Below the pieces are notes generated by a model, which was not told the DNA's origin, made no database searches, and saw only the letters and a list, made by a program, of their open reading frames with translations. Both the position numbers and the translations under genes were made by a program. This document shows, piece after piece, positions 49,845-63,669 of a stretch of 64,000 nt of DNA (position 1 is its first letter; every line of letters begins with the position of its first letter). Source of the DNA: Massalongia carnosa (taxonomy: Eukaryota); assembly GCA_965645245.1 (NCBI GenBank), contig OZ287072.1, forward strand, positions 1,054,001 through 1,118,000. The letters run 5' to 3'.

Positions 49845-52711
49845 TCAGAAATCAATTAATCGGTTCCTCCCTTCCACAAGTCTGGCCAACACGTCTCCCA
49901 CCTGATTCAAGAGCCCGCCCATGTGTCCACCAACCCTAAGCCGGACGCACTCGATCAGGCCCCGTGTATGCCACCTCAGCGACACACGAGGAATATCCTC
50001 CCACGTCGATACATTCATAGCCGCAAGGTACTCCCAACTCTGAGTTTCAGCCACCTCGGGTGGAATGGGATCCGGTGCTGGCCGCGACGGATGCCGGGGC
50101 AAGAAGCCGTACGCCCAGCAGGCAAGTGCCGCGAGGTTGATACACCACTGTTCGTGCAGCATATGCAAGCTTTCCCCTCCCAAGGCTAGACGTAGGACCT
50201 GAATTGCATGCCAAACGCTTTTTGCAGCGTTCTCCGTGGACACCCATACTCGAAGTGCAAGTTTGGCTGACGTCCAGACAGAATGGTCGGTGATTTTGCT
50301 ACCGAAGAGCCAGGATCCACTGGAGACAATGAGGAGAGGATCGATTGGCGCAAGGGAGGCAAGTTGAAGAGCGTGGTGAGTTAAATAAGATTGCGCATAA
50401 TGTGTTTCGGGGGAATAAAACACCGTTATGTTGTTCTGAGCGAGGTTTGAACTGGGGCTGGCAAAGCCACAATATATTTGGTAGCAGGAAAGAACGCAAG
50501 ATTGGAAAGCGTCAACAGGTGCCGGTGGGTTGAAGTTGACATTGAGAAATCTCATATTAAACTGCTGATGATATCCGACAAGGTTGCGCCAGACTTGTAG
50601 GTCATTGCAGTTCCAAATTTCTGAAGAGCAAGGATATGGTAGATTGACGTTATCGAGGTCAAGTGTGCAACAAGATTGCTGTCCAAATAGAACACCGTGC
50701 TGAATATCCAACACAAAGGCAGCTAGAAGAATCCTGCGTTTAGTTTCGTGCAGTGTCCAGGTCCTCTTTGCCTGGTCGAGAGCATCTGGAGCGGCGTTGG
50801 GAGGGAGGCTGGCTAAGATAGGAAAAGGATCCAGCCGTAGTAGTTCCTCATCCGCCAAAAGCTTCGAGGTATTAGCGTGATTTCTCAAAGTAAGGAATGT
50901 ACAATGAACATACACTTGATAAAAGTGCCCTGAAACGAGAAGAAATGGCTATGTTCTCACACTTTGCCCCTCGCCCACGATACTTGGTAAAAGCCTCAAA
51001 AAGCAAAAGTGTCTGCATATCTGACATGATTGAGTATGTGGTTACTGGAGACTGTTGCTTTATCGTTAGCATTGTTTAATCTCGGATTGCCTGCTGCCAC
51101 TTACCGTCGAAAGGAATTTGACACAATAATCGAACCAGAAGGCTGAATGGGTTTTTGAGTCTGAAAAGGAGGAAAACTGAGCGCCAATAGAAACCATCAA
51201 CAGAGCTAATAGGGGCGGCGGAGCGGCTGAGATCATGGTAGAATAGTGAACAATAGGAACCAATGGGTGAAAGTGCAGCCAGTAGCAGTCAAGATAATGC
51301 TTGAACTTGCTATCGGCGTCTAATACGTCACCCTGGCCCAAGGCCACGCTTGCTGAGGAGGTAAACTCATTTCGTAAGGACCTCCACTCGTATCCGCCCA
51401 TGTAGGGCAGGGGTATTGGTACTGCCGACTCTGCTGCGATCTTGTCAGTTACGACTACTGAAGGGAAATTGCAGGTGTGGAATACCTACGGTAGGAAGGT
51501 AGGATCCCTCAAGTTGGCCTCCGAGCACCGGACTGTCAAATTGATCCCAAACTGGAAACGCCGAAGCGGCAGCCATTGGGGATGCCATGAACTGAGGTTG
51601 GTAGCAAGCTTCAAGAGGGCTCGACTGTGGCCGCGAGACCGAATCTGAAACAAGGTATCGTTGGGTGTTGGCTTGAGATTGAAGATAATCAGACATAGGT
51701 GAATAACAACTGTCACTTGAGTACAAAGGCGATTCGGCAGTGGCATTCACACCATACAGCAAGTCAGTCGGTAAGCTGCGGGGCCCAATTCCTACGGCAA
51801 GCTGAGAGATGTCGTTGGGCATCCGCGTATAATCCGCTTGCATGCTTGGTTCAATAATTGCGCCTATCGACATGGGAGGGGTGACTTGGGGCATTGTTTG
51901 TCCTCGGATCGGCTGCTGCTGTCCCATGTTGGCAGAGACCATGCTAGTCCTTGGCGGGGTTGAACCCGCCACCGATGGTTCACTGGTGGAGCGTTGAGAG
52001 CGGGAACTCCTCGCAAGAGAGGCTTCAGCGGGCATGTTATGTCTATTCTTGTTAGGATATGGCTCAAATACGTAATCGAGATACCCACTGTCTCTCCATA
52101 TGACGGGTCAATAAGTCAGCACGCTGAAAAGGCTTTCGACAGTCTTCGATACAGCATTGATACAAAGGCTCCGAATTGTGATTCGCCTCATGACGTCTGC
52201 AGACACACGATCAGCACAAAATCACACATTCACACCTCTACCAGGTTGACCTACTTCCGGTGCTCTGCTCTGGTAAAGATCTAGGAGAGAGTTAGCCGGG
52301 CCATGACTTAGTAGGATTGGTGGTTCAAACCTTTGGGCAACCAGGGAATTCGCAAGCATGAACCTTCTTCCCCTTCTTTGCTTTACTGATCCGATGCGTG
52401 GTGGGCGTGTAAGTAATTTCGCCGGCCGAGTCATTCATGGTTCCCAAAGAGCCTCGGGATGATCGGTCACGGGGGCCAAACGACATGGACTTTGAGGTAG
52501 AGCTACGTTTGCTGCTGACTTTGGATCTTTCTGATGGCGTGGCGGATGCCTTGACTTGGGGCGATGAGCGTCGTTGTAGAGGGGGCTTCGAAGCAGTTGT
52601 TCTGTTTTCCAGGACAGACACAGACGGTGGTGCCAACGATATATTACTTGCTTGCCTCAATTGCGGTTGGGAAGGGACCCAGGGTATTTGCTGAAATGTT
52701 TCCTCGGCCAT
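49845..52711 (-). CDS. C2H2 zinc-finger transcription factor with fungal-specific TF domain
   Basis: YTPTTHRISKAKKGKKVHACEFPGCPK/IFTRAEHRK/RHEANH; second finger C..EDC.K.F.RADLLTRH; later YW.HFHP..PIVH and E..RR..LA.FVLD...LPYPC. Several short introns. Confidence 0.88.
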
Positions 52712-54337
52712 GATGTTGCGGGTCCGGACCTTGTTATAAATCCTACGGGATTGCCTCGAAAACCAAATGGAAAGATGGTAGAAAAGGCTATCTGTAGCAA
52801 AGGGAAAATCAACAAAGAATAGAACTCGCTTGGATATGGGGTGTTTCTCAGAGCGGCGAGAACGTCGGTATGATGAACACTTGCACAAAGGAAATTACGG
52901 AGCTTGTCAGCATGCCACGATGAAAGCTATCTTCGGTGCAGCAGCAGGGAGAGGTAGCCTGGTTCCCCGCAATGACACTGGATGGTTTGTAGTAACGGGT
53001 ACTCTGGTCCTATGGGGCTGCGACGATGGATTTCGCAAGACGAAACCGAGAGGGAGATGTCGTCAGAATGTTCTGCACACCCTGGCTCCCATATGGAGAT
53101 GGGGGTTGAAATTGAAAAGAAAAAATATGGTACCGAGAGACGTTGCCAAGTTGGGAGCAGAGGAAATAGGAAATGTCTCAAGCGTGCCTATTCCAGGTCC
53201 CAGTCAATGTCATCCAAGTACAGAGCACTGTAATTTCCATGTCACTATTCCAGTCTTTAGTCCTTTTGGTCCCTTCCAGCATGTTCGCCGGGATTTCTGG
53301 GGGACTTGGAAGGTCCGGTATTTTTATCCCAGAGGCGTCAGTCATACGACGGTAGCTCAGATACCTTCAGCGTGCAGTCCCTGACACTCAAGTAGGTAAA
53401 GATATGTATATCGACAAACGATTTCTCCGGCAGCCACCACTATGCATTACCATCTGGCCCAAGCTCTGCAATTTCAGCTACATGTTGACGAAGCTCGATG
53501 TAGCTTGGTGGTACGGCGCAGGCAGCATTGATCGCCAGGGCCAGCGCAGGTACCAGCGTTTTCGGTCAGGATCAGACCAAACGCTCAAGCAATTACAGGC
53601 TATTTCACCTTTCCAAGCATCCGAACTACCAGGCGGGACGGTAAGCCGAGGAAGAATGGGGGGAAGGGGTGTCAAGTGATAGCGAGACATTATTGTCTAG
53701 GATGATGGGTGATGACGATGAACTAATTTGGAGGTCTAAACTGCAACGTTCGATATCGATATCGAATGAGGAGATGGGGAAATGGAAGGGGGGGGTTTTG
53801 TTTAGACGAAGGATTCGAGGTTGTTGGTATGCATGCAAGTTGATTGAGGAGTGGACGGATTGGACGGAGTGAACATGCAAGCCAACGCGAATGACAAGCT
53901 GCGTTAGTCGCATTAGCCTGCCTTTTTTTTTTTCTTTCTTTCTTTCTATTTTCAGCATCCATTTGGGCAAAAAATAGCCTAAAGTGCTACTTTAGTCTTT
54001 TTCCGCCCTTGTCAAACGCTCTGCTTGCCATCTAGAAGAAGGGTCCCGCTTAAATCGTCCCGAGCATTAATTGGACGACCTTCTCAGAATGAGGTCGACC
54101 GATGCATGAATATCCTTTGGTGAAACTAGAAACCTGGATGTCAGTTCATGTCCTCCCTGTTCATGGTACCATGAACAAGGCTCATTCGACGCCAGCTGCG
54201 TGGCAGCTGAACGCTGGAGACCTCTGTATGGCTGTTAACAGTGTCCATAAGCTGCCCTATCTGGAGAAGGCTAAAACATGCAATCTGAGCCATTCGGAGT
54301 CATGTTTTCTGTAATCCAGCGGTGACATTTCCAACAT

Positions 54338-54390
54338 GTGTATGTGTGTGAGTGTGAGTGTGAGTGTGAGTGTGTGTGTGTGCGTGTGTG
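54338..54390. repeat. (GT)n/(GAGTGT)n microsatellite
   Basis: Read directly. Confidence 0.85.
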
Positions 54391-57200
54391 TTTCCGTATA
54401 GGTATTGTCACACACACGAACCGGGGGTGCAAATTCACTAACGCCTTCTCGATTGCGCCAGTGATTAGGTAAAGTAGAAAACCGAAATACACTCTATCGT
54501 ATCACTAACCCGTTTTGGTCTAATCGGGACTCCTGAACGGGTAACTTGGTACAGAGTCCTTACCTCTTTCTCTTCCCCCCTTCCCCTTCCCCTCTTCTTC
54601 TCCCTCTCCCCAAAAGTTGTGGGCTAAACTTAGGAACATAGCCATAGGGAGCCGAAAAGCGGGGCGTCGATGGCTTGACCCCTCGCAGATGATCGGGTGG
54701 TCTGCAATAGCCATGTGTTCGCACCTTGTTTTCAGGGAAATATCCATTCTCCACGCCCCATCACTGCCTCTAGCCTCCCTAGTTCACGGTCGCGTCTTTT
54801 ACCCCGAAGAGGTAACGATCACTGCTATTATTACCTCCATGGATCTCATGATATGATGCTGGCCATCTTGGCATCTGTTATTCGAGGCTTGAACTTTGAA
54901 GCGTGAAAGCACCAAAGGGGAAAGTTCCCGTGGTCAGCTATCACATCCTTATGATATCTTAGATACGGAAGCTAAGAACACTCGAACGGCCAACGGCCCT
55001 TCCGCAGGGCAAAACATACGGATTACATATTTAGAATAAATTTGATTACACAGCAGTTATCGTGTCTGTGGCTGTTTCTTTTTTTAAATCTACAGAGTAC
55101 AGAGCACTCCGTGGTTTTATCATCTGTCTATTTAGTTATCTTTTTCAGCTGCCGCGTGGCTAGGAGAGTCTTTGGTGTAAGAAACGCCCCTGCTTCGTAG
55201 AAAACTTCTCCAAAAACCTAGTGTGGGTATCATTTACTCAGAGTCTGCACATGCAAAGGCGATCTAGCTATACGCTTATGGTGGTTCACTTGGAGGTGCA
55301 CGCGTGCAAAATCGAGCGCTGTAACACATCCATGGCTGTTGGAAGGATGCAGAGGCTTAAAATTGACGTAATACGTACCTCTAGTTATACTGGATACGTA
55401 GCAATCTAACTTCCTGGTTTCCTAGGTCCTCACATACTTGGGTAATCTAGGTCCTCCCGTCTCTAGAATCTGACGAGCAAAGGATAACCTTGCCCTGATC
55501 CCACAGGATCTATCGGATCTGCACCTCGCTGGCCATTACCTATCGGACACCCGAAAGAAGTGTATCCGCTCAAGCTAAGACAAGAGCCACGAGATACGGC
55601 GCTGCTGCTTCCCCGCTTCTGGCACATGGCATGTAAAAACACCCTTCCTGCCCTGTACCTGCGTGTCTTGAAGCGGGGGATTTGGAGGGGTAGTTAAACC
55701 AACCCAAAAAATCCCCCAAAAAAGAACCAAAGAGGTACATGAATATTCTAGGTTTTCGGTCTCTTGGTTTCTTGTAAGAACCTTAAGTAAAATGAAGATC
55801 ATCAACATGCCGCAAAGTCATTCGTGGTTATGGAGAGGTGGTGGTTCGCCATTGGCGATTTTTGGACCGGCTCTATGTCTTTAGGCTTAAGGGCAGGAAA
55901 GACCATCGACCTGGATCCAAAAGTCAACAGACGTCTACCTATTGTCCCTTCGTCGCTTCAAGGGAAAGGTCAAAGCTTCTCCCTTTCTGCTCGCAACGAC
56001 CACGTTTTCCCTTCGTGCAGCCTCCTGCCTGGTACCCTGCATTCCAACCGCATGATCATTTCCTGCGCTCACAGATGAGAACGGCCGTACCGAGGGATTT
56101 GTTTGGTTGCCTTCTTCGTTCCCATCAGGCTTGTTCCTCCTCGTCTTGGTGAGCCTGTTGGTGCTTACTCCCATGCCTCGCCGACCTCGTGTCAGCCGGT
56201 TGCGATCACATCTGCAGGCCAATCTGTCGATCCACCGTCCATGTGGCAGGCACACGCGTTTCAGCTGCGGCTGACCGAAAAACCTTTATGCCAGGTTTCA
56301 CACGTGAAGGTTACGTCAATCTGTCAATCTAGGACAGCATCGTCACTATCAGCGGTAATCATCGACGATGGAGCGCCTTCAGTCCAAAGGAAGGACGTAG
56401 CCTTATGCCCACAAACCCCTGTGAGGTGCTAGTGGGAGTCTCCAGGGCTGGCGAGTAGGCCTTCATGCAGACAATGAGTAAATACAGTGTAGGAGTTGTA
56501 GCATGAGCAATGCGTACGTGATGGCTCAGATTGACAAAGCATCAATTGATAGCCGGTGCATGCATACAATTGAAGCCATGTCATCCACATACCCATTCGT
56601 GTCATGGGTGAGGCCGGCACCGTACCCTAAACCGAGTAATTAGGGCTTGGGACTTGGGGTTCTGAGGTTCAGGGACGCGGTTAAGATTGCGCCTTGCTAA
56701 ACTTAGGTCGCAAACGTACCCTAATCCCAGTCGGATCCTTACCCTAAGCTACCTATCTAAACATAATGCCTTACCCACGTCTATTAGCAAGCGCTATTTG
56801 GACTCATCTTATGATCCCATTCGACTGTTCACTCTCAATTGGGGAGGATACAGCCTTCACCGTAATCATTCCGCTGCTTGAGCATGACATGTGAAATGAT
56901 GGATAGGATCAATCCAGAAATATCCCGAAGCCGATGACGGGGCGAAAATAGTACACGTTGCAATAGACACAGACAGGGAAACAGAGTCTGAAAGACGACG
57001 CTCTTTAGATGGGGGTCTAGTTGTGTTTACGACAGCTCGAGAGACAAGAGGCGCGTGGATTTCTATCGTCCAAATACTTTCTTGCACAAATATGGAAAGC
57101 CTCTAACTCGCCCTACCCTCTGGATTCTTCCGGGTGTCAACCCCTTTTTTTCATGGTGATCAACACCTGTTGCCGTCGGCCAAATTCCATCAAATAAACA

Positions 57201-59435
57201 TTAAACTTTGCCATGGTTTGCCTGCGGATCATGTAGAGTTCGCCTGGATGGACGTCGAGGGGTTGAGAAGGCTCGTAAGAAGGTGAACAACCCGGCCTGG
57301 CCTGAGGCGCCCTCGCCTTCCATAACGGGAGATATAGGGCTGGATCGATCGTCATCTTGAGGGAGGATGATGGCTGGCTGGCTGGTTGGAAAAGCATCCC
57401 AAGCGGGGATTGGGAGAAAGCCAGGGGTCGATGCTCTTGATTGGTATAGACCTTGCGACCAGCGATTAAACGACGAGGATTCAGCGGAGCTAACATTGCG
57501 GATCACCGGCGAGCCAGGTAATTCACCTGTCTGGTTCGCTGGTAGTTCCACTGGCACTAGCGAGCCACTGTACATAGGTCTCAAAAATGGCGCTGACTGC
57601 GAGGGCTCTTGCGAAGCTTGATCCTCGGTGAGTTCGCCCAGTTCTGGCTTTCCTAGTAGAGACTTCTCTTCTCCTATTGCCCCTTGCGGTAAAGGTAGCC
57701 TATTGCTGTGAGCTCCACGTTGAGGATGGTCGGGACTATCAAGCTCATGAACAGCGGTCTTCTCGGCGTCGAGCTCTGCCTCTGCTTTGTATCCTTGCCC
57801 ACCTTTTTTGGGGGAACTACTGTTCAAGTTTTTCGATTCTGCCACCTTTTGGGGTTTTCTACGGCGAAAACACCAAAAAAAGGTAAGCCCGCCGGCAATT
57901 ACGAGAACCGGAATTGCAATACCAACACCAATTCCAATTTCCTTGCCATGGCTAGACGAAGGTTTTCGTGCTAGCGAGCTGCTACTCGGGGTTGGGGATG
58001 GCGCATCAATAGCCAGAAGCCTCTGTGGCAAGTTCTCTACAAATACGCTTTGAGATAATGAGAAATTCCGTCGTTCCCAATCAACGATAAGATACCTGGC
58101 AAGAAGTGAGAATCATGTCTTTAGTAGATGGAGGCGCACTCACGTTTCCTGGAGAAATGTTCTTCCCAAGATATATTGCGTGGCATTGCGTGCTCTTCGA
58201 AGTGGGAAATATCTTGTACGTTCCGCGACTTTGGGTGGATTGGCATATAAATCAAAACTGTCATACGGAAGAGTTAAGACCACCGTATCACCTCCATTCT
58301 CAGTATGCCCCAGAGTGAACGAAACATTTGCCTTTTGGGCTAACAACACCTGAGGTTGAGCACTATCGACGACATATAGCTTAGATGCATTATCATATGT
58401 CAAGTTAAATGCCCTTTCGAAGGCTTGACAGGCATCGATCGGCAGCCAGATCTCAGGAACTCTCGAATCTATGTACTCCAGAATTCCAGATGTCAATAGA
58501 TTGCTAGAGGTACCGTTCTGTTCAATCGATACAATTGATTGTATACCCACTACGATTTCGCGAGTTGCGTCTGATGAACAGGAGAATGATAGGTTGTTTG
58601 GCGTGAAAAGCGACTAATCATAGCCTCCAAAACTTAAGCTTGCAAAGACTTGCTTTAATCCTAAGATAGGATTAGGATGAAATTTTGGGACATACCACAC
58701 AAAACCTACGATAACGAGCCCCTGCTGTGTAAGCAAAGCTGATATTTGGAATGAGACCGCGATCTTTTAAGGAAGTAATGTAGCTGGACTGGCCATTATC
58801 AAGTGCGGAAAATTTGTTAGGCTTCGGGTTCAGTCCAAGCATACCCAGATAATACTCTTCGGAAGCTACTCCTCCTATTACCTGTTTATCCAAAGAAGGC
58901 CCACCGCTATCCTCTGCTCCTAATCTTATCGTATCGTTTCCAAACAGGGCTGTGGCCGAAATATTCAAACTCTGCTCGATAGGAAGCCCGAAGTAATTGT
59001 TTTGGCTCTATGTGGAAGACTTCGCAGGGTCGAATATTCCGCCACGCGCCATAATGCAGTTATCATCGCCTGGAACACATCCCTTAGGCGGTACAGCCCA
59101 AGTCCATGGGCTGGCGGTTGAAATGAGCACATGAACATTCTGGACGGCGTACCGACTCCAAGGGTGAAGGACGACCAGCCGTCCAGGCCCTCCCTGAGTA
59201 ATTGAGTTAGCGAAATCGCTTGCGCATCAGTTCGGTAGATGATATCAGGGCGGATGTACCAAGCATAAGATGGAGATATTGAGATAGGTATTGGACGCGC
59301 GATCGCGGCTGGCGTTGACGTCGCTGATGTCGCTGCTGACGCTGCTGCCCTTTGTACCCAAAGATGTTTCCTAGCCTGACCTAACGAGATCAAACCCGCA
59401 AGCCAGAACACATATCTAGACCATGCAAATGCCAT
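57201..59435 (-). pseudogene. Membrane-anchored pepsin-fold (A1 aspartic protease-like) gene, disrupted
   Basis: Signal peptide; WSSFTLGVGTP, then a frameshift at ~59143-59144 into QNVHVLISTAS..GC...C..ARGGIFDP.KSST*; TAG at 59008-59010 and at 58614-58616 (GGYD*); IDS..PEIWLP, LGRTFLQET/YLIVDWER; C-terminal TM helix and tail. Confidence 0.85.
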
Positions 59436-60906
59436 CCTGAATTAAATCACTACCACCCTCGATCGGTACCGAAGGCCGAAGGGGCTGATTACTTATGCCT
59501 CAGTATTCTTATGGTGAAGACAGCAGTGCTGAACATGATGGCACTCGCAACCATGTTAAGAAAAACATTGAATTTCACATTGAACGGTTCTGACGGTCTC
59601 GCGAACAAGCCCCACCTGGACGCACTTTAAGCTTAAACCTGCGGGCACGCCGCCAATCAAATGTCGAAGGAGTCTGAACATGAGCTTCCGTTGGCCTACA
59701 ACCAGGAGAACATGCACAGCACTCTGTACCTTCCTAACTTGGAAAGGCCAGACCGAGTATCAAATGATCAACATCACATTGCTAACAAGACGGTGTATGG
59801 CTACCTAACGACAGCAACAAAAAGGAACAATGTACGAGTACTCTAGAGGGAGCAATAATACCATAATCAATCCCAAACCGAACGTAAGAAGCAAGCAGTG
59901 ATACAAAATGGGCAGCTGCTCATGCTTGAAAGTACATGCCTCAAGGTGATGGAACGAACAGGTAGGTATCTATAGAGTGCAATTGTCGGATCGCTTTCTT
60001 CAAGGCATCGGATTGGACCACACGCAGTGCAAGACGAGCTCGTTCAGAGCATCTGTTAAAAGTACTCTGAGAAAAATGAGTGTTGTATGGACTGCAAGAT
60101 CGAGAGGAAGAAGTAAAGGTTCAAATATTTAAGAGTTAAAATTCTACTCTGTACGGCAAGAAACTGAACCCCCCGAAGGCATTCCCAACTTCAAGCCCTC
60201 CGCGACCATCTGTCACGCTTCCATTCCTACAGACATCGACAGCCTACACATCAAAAATGCATCCTTTATTAACTCAAGACCTACGGACGTCATGAAAGTG
60301 TTGTAGATATGCCAACGGGAAAGATTTCGCCCACTCTTTCCCCGATAAAAGCCGAAGCATTCAACCGGATTTCCTTATTTGCATTGCAGAACTCTCACTT
60401 GGTGCAGAAAAGCTGTAAAAGGTGCTTCCTCATTTTTCCAGCAACTACCATTGGATTCTGACCACTGCACAGATTTTCTGGATGTTAAGGTTTCTGCGAT
60501 GCTCGCCGACATTTCACTACACTCATGTATCTCGTCATGTTCAGCGAATGGCAGAATTTCACATTAACAATGCGGCATGAGAGAATGGGCAACGTGCATG
60601 ACATGGCCTTTCGTCGTTGATGATAGCCTGAAGGAGATCCTCGATCTTCCCAGAGAGCTGGCTCCTGCAAGACGTTTCCTGCAGAACGAGAATGCAAGAA
60701 CACCGATTTTGCCGCTCGGATTCATGACGAGATTCCATGGCATTACACGCTCAATTCGATCCAACGGAATCCTATAAGAATGGAAGCTTAGCACCTCAAT
60801 TCTCCTGTTCCTTAGACATTTAGCTCCCTTGGCCATCATCCTAATCCTCAAGCTTGCTAAACCTCTAACTTTGGATTTAAACCCAGCCTGACCCAACTCA
60901 AACACC

Positions 60907-61537
60907 ATGCGTTTCTCCCTTTCCGCGCTCCTAGGGCTCTCTACCGTCTCTCTTCTGTTCAGCACTGTTCTCGGCCATGACATTACGGATAAATCTCTAA
61001 ACAAGACTCTCCTTTACAAGGTGGAAACTACGGTCCAAATCACCGAGATTCTCTCCCTCTACGGCTTCCTCCTCGACACTCGTGACTTCTCTCTCTTTAA
61101 CCTCGTATACACCGACGACGTCGTTGCCAACGTCGCAACCCCCCCCATCACCGGCCTCCCAGCCCTGGTCAAATTATACAAGGACCTCTTCACCAACCAA
61201 GGCCCAACCATTCATGCTTCCCAGAACGTGCTGGTGTACGACGTGACCGCCACCAATGCGAAAGCCGGCAGCTACAACACCGTCACATATTTCGGAACGG
61301 GCTCGCTCGCGGGCCAAATCGTCACTTATTACGAAAGGTTCCAAGACGTGTTCACGAAAGTGGACGGGACGTGGAAAATCTCGGAGCGCACGTTGACGCT
61401 CTACGTAAGCCGTTTTCTTCTTTTACTGATAGAGACAATGCTGATATGGCGGCTTCTGCACACAGGCTGTCATCGGAAACCGGTTGGTGATTGATCCGGC
61501 CAACAGACCCCCGGCGAACTTTACAGGCGATTCTTGA
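60907..61537 (+). CDS. Secreted SnoaL/NTF2-like fold protein
   Basis: Signal peptide; ITEILSLYGFLLDTRDF..F..VYTDD, T.H...N, YERFQD...DGTWKISERT; intron 61405-61465; exon 2 AVIGNRLVID...GDS*. Confidence 0.8.
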
Positions 61538-62569
61538 AAGCGCCACCTCTGGAGCGGTAGTTCGACGTGGAGCCCCATGTGACCGTAAGGTGGATCTAGG
61601 AGGGGAAAAACAAATAGAGAGGGAAAACGGGCATCCTCCGCTTCGATTCTTATGGCGGCTTAGTAATTCTCCCCGGGGTCGTCTATAAACAAACGGCCTT
61701 TGTGCTTTAAACTGTCTTTTCCACCACTACCAACCATTCATTCCCTTTGGCGCAAAACCCATCGCTTCAAAATGCAAAACGTAGCGCATCCCTCAATTGT
61801 CCCTAACCCCCTTCCCAACATCACACCCCTCCAACCTTCTCCCTCTCAGGCCCTCGGCTTCCCCCCCCCCCCCCCGGAAACAGCCTCTACACGCCCCCAC
61901 CTCCCCGCCCCACTTCAATCCAGCACTTTCCGACTATCCCCCACCCAACACCACCACCACCTTTGCCCCAATTCACGTCCCCGTCCGTCTAGTTGCGGGA
62001 GGGGAGGGGGGGATTGTTGGCGAGGCATGGAGAGGAGCGAGTTCGGAGTCCCCGCTGGGCGGTGCGGATGGCGGCGAGAGGAAAGGAAGGCGAAAGGGGT
62101 TCGTAGAGGGGGGGGGGGGGGGGGATGGAAAGGTATGTTGTATGTTGGGAGTACGATAGCGGGTTTGGGGGTGGTGAGTGTGTGTGTGTGGTCGAGTGGG
62201 AGGGGGTTGTCTTCACGGCTGGATAAACTTTGTCTGCTGGTTCAGGGAACGGCTGAAGGCTGGAGAAGATCTATTTCCGTTTGGTTGGGTGAAATGATAT
62301 GATCCAAAAACAAATATATAAAAAAAAGACACGCTCGAATCGGTTCGGACGGCCATGGACCAGACACACAGAACCCGTCATGCCTCGCCTCCTCCCAAAT
62401 CTCCCGAAATCCGTGCTCGAATCCTCGGCAATCTTGCCGTTCCTGAAGATCTCCTGTAAAGGTTTCCTCCAAAAAAAAAACAATTTAGCAACCGGCTCCT
62501 TTGGCTGTCGTCTTACTTTGCTCGTCAGGTAAAGGTAACCAGGGCGAAGGGGGGGGGACTTCCAGCGCT

Positions 62570-63180
62570 CACCTCAACGGTCTTTTTGAACTCGCTGTAA
62601 ACCTCATCGAGCGGGCGGTCGCAGTTGATCTGCCAGAACCGTTTAGACGCAGGCAGCCGTGGACGCTGCAGAGTTTCATATACTGACAGTTACCAGCCGC
62701 TTTATGGAGCGGTAGTAGACGACGCGGATGGAGAACCCTTCGTGGCGCTTCGTTCAAGTTTCCGTGGTCTTGTCGGTTCCTCCCGATGTCTCTACCTGTA
62801 GCGTAGCTCGTTCGGTCATGGTTTCCGTGGCGCAATGGAGGTATAGAATTACTATGCTTTGAATCTTCATAGGAACACACCATCAGCTTACCCCCCCCCC
62901 CCTCCCCGCCTGCCAGTTCAGAATAGGGCTAGGTACCAGCACGCACTTGGCTGTCAATCAGAGTTTGCTGCGCCGAGGGTGGTGCCGCTCTCAGCAGATC
63001 GCCCACGGAGCAGTGGACGATGCCAGTCTCTTCGGAAAAATGGTTGCATAGCGTGCTCTTACCAACCCCTGGCGCTCCTGACAAGCAAATGGGCGTCAGA
63101 TGTGATTGTTAGCTGGAACAGTGACATTTGACTCACCTATAACATACACCACCTGTGCTACTACCAAATCATCAGCCAGC
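62570..63180 (-). pseudogene. UMP/CMP (adenylate kinase family) kinase pseudogene
   Basis: VVYVIG/APGVGKSTLC..HCSVGDLLR across intron 63078-63136 (P-loop); then LYLHCATETMTER...TSGGTDKTTET*TKR (TGA at 62754-62756) and INCDRPLDEVY. The central DGFPR segment was not found. Confidence 0.7.
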
Positions 63181-63669
63181 GCATCTGTAATCTGCAAATT
63201 TATTCTTCCAGCGAGACATGGTCTTCCTTCTATCTCGCTCAAGATGACAATCCTTGGAAAAGGAATGGAGTAAACCCCCCAGCGCAAGGACATGTGGTCG
63301 CCACTGATGAGGCACTGGCTTTTCAAGGTTAATGAAATTAATTTCACAATCACAGTACGCAGGCTTCCAAAGTCCCACGCGCATGGCCGTCGAAATATGG
63401 ACTTGTGATTTGATATCGTGCAGTCTCATGTAACCCCTTCCATTCAGAAACCAACATCCAGAATTAGCCGTGGTAGAGGCGTACGTCTTCTAAATGAAAA
63501 CTAGCTAGGTAAAAGCGTGGAAAATTTATAGAATCAATCATTTCAAATTCAACACGGTGGTCAATCGACACGACTTTGTGTAAGATGAGATCAACGCAGA
63601 TCGAGGTGCTTAGGGACAGTCCCCCCCCGACCGTCCCCCCCTGTGTAAATCTTTGCTAGTAAACAGCTA

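Noticed and set aside
52830..57100. Many short ORFs in the 4.5-kb region upstream of the C2H2 TF
   Set aside because: Compositionally unremarkable or microsatellite-derived; consistent with a long regulatory region.
61700..62302. 200-aa Pro/Gly-rich ORF
   Set aside because: Produced by poly-C/poly-G low-complexity sequence.
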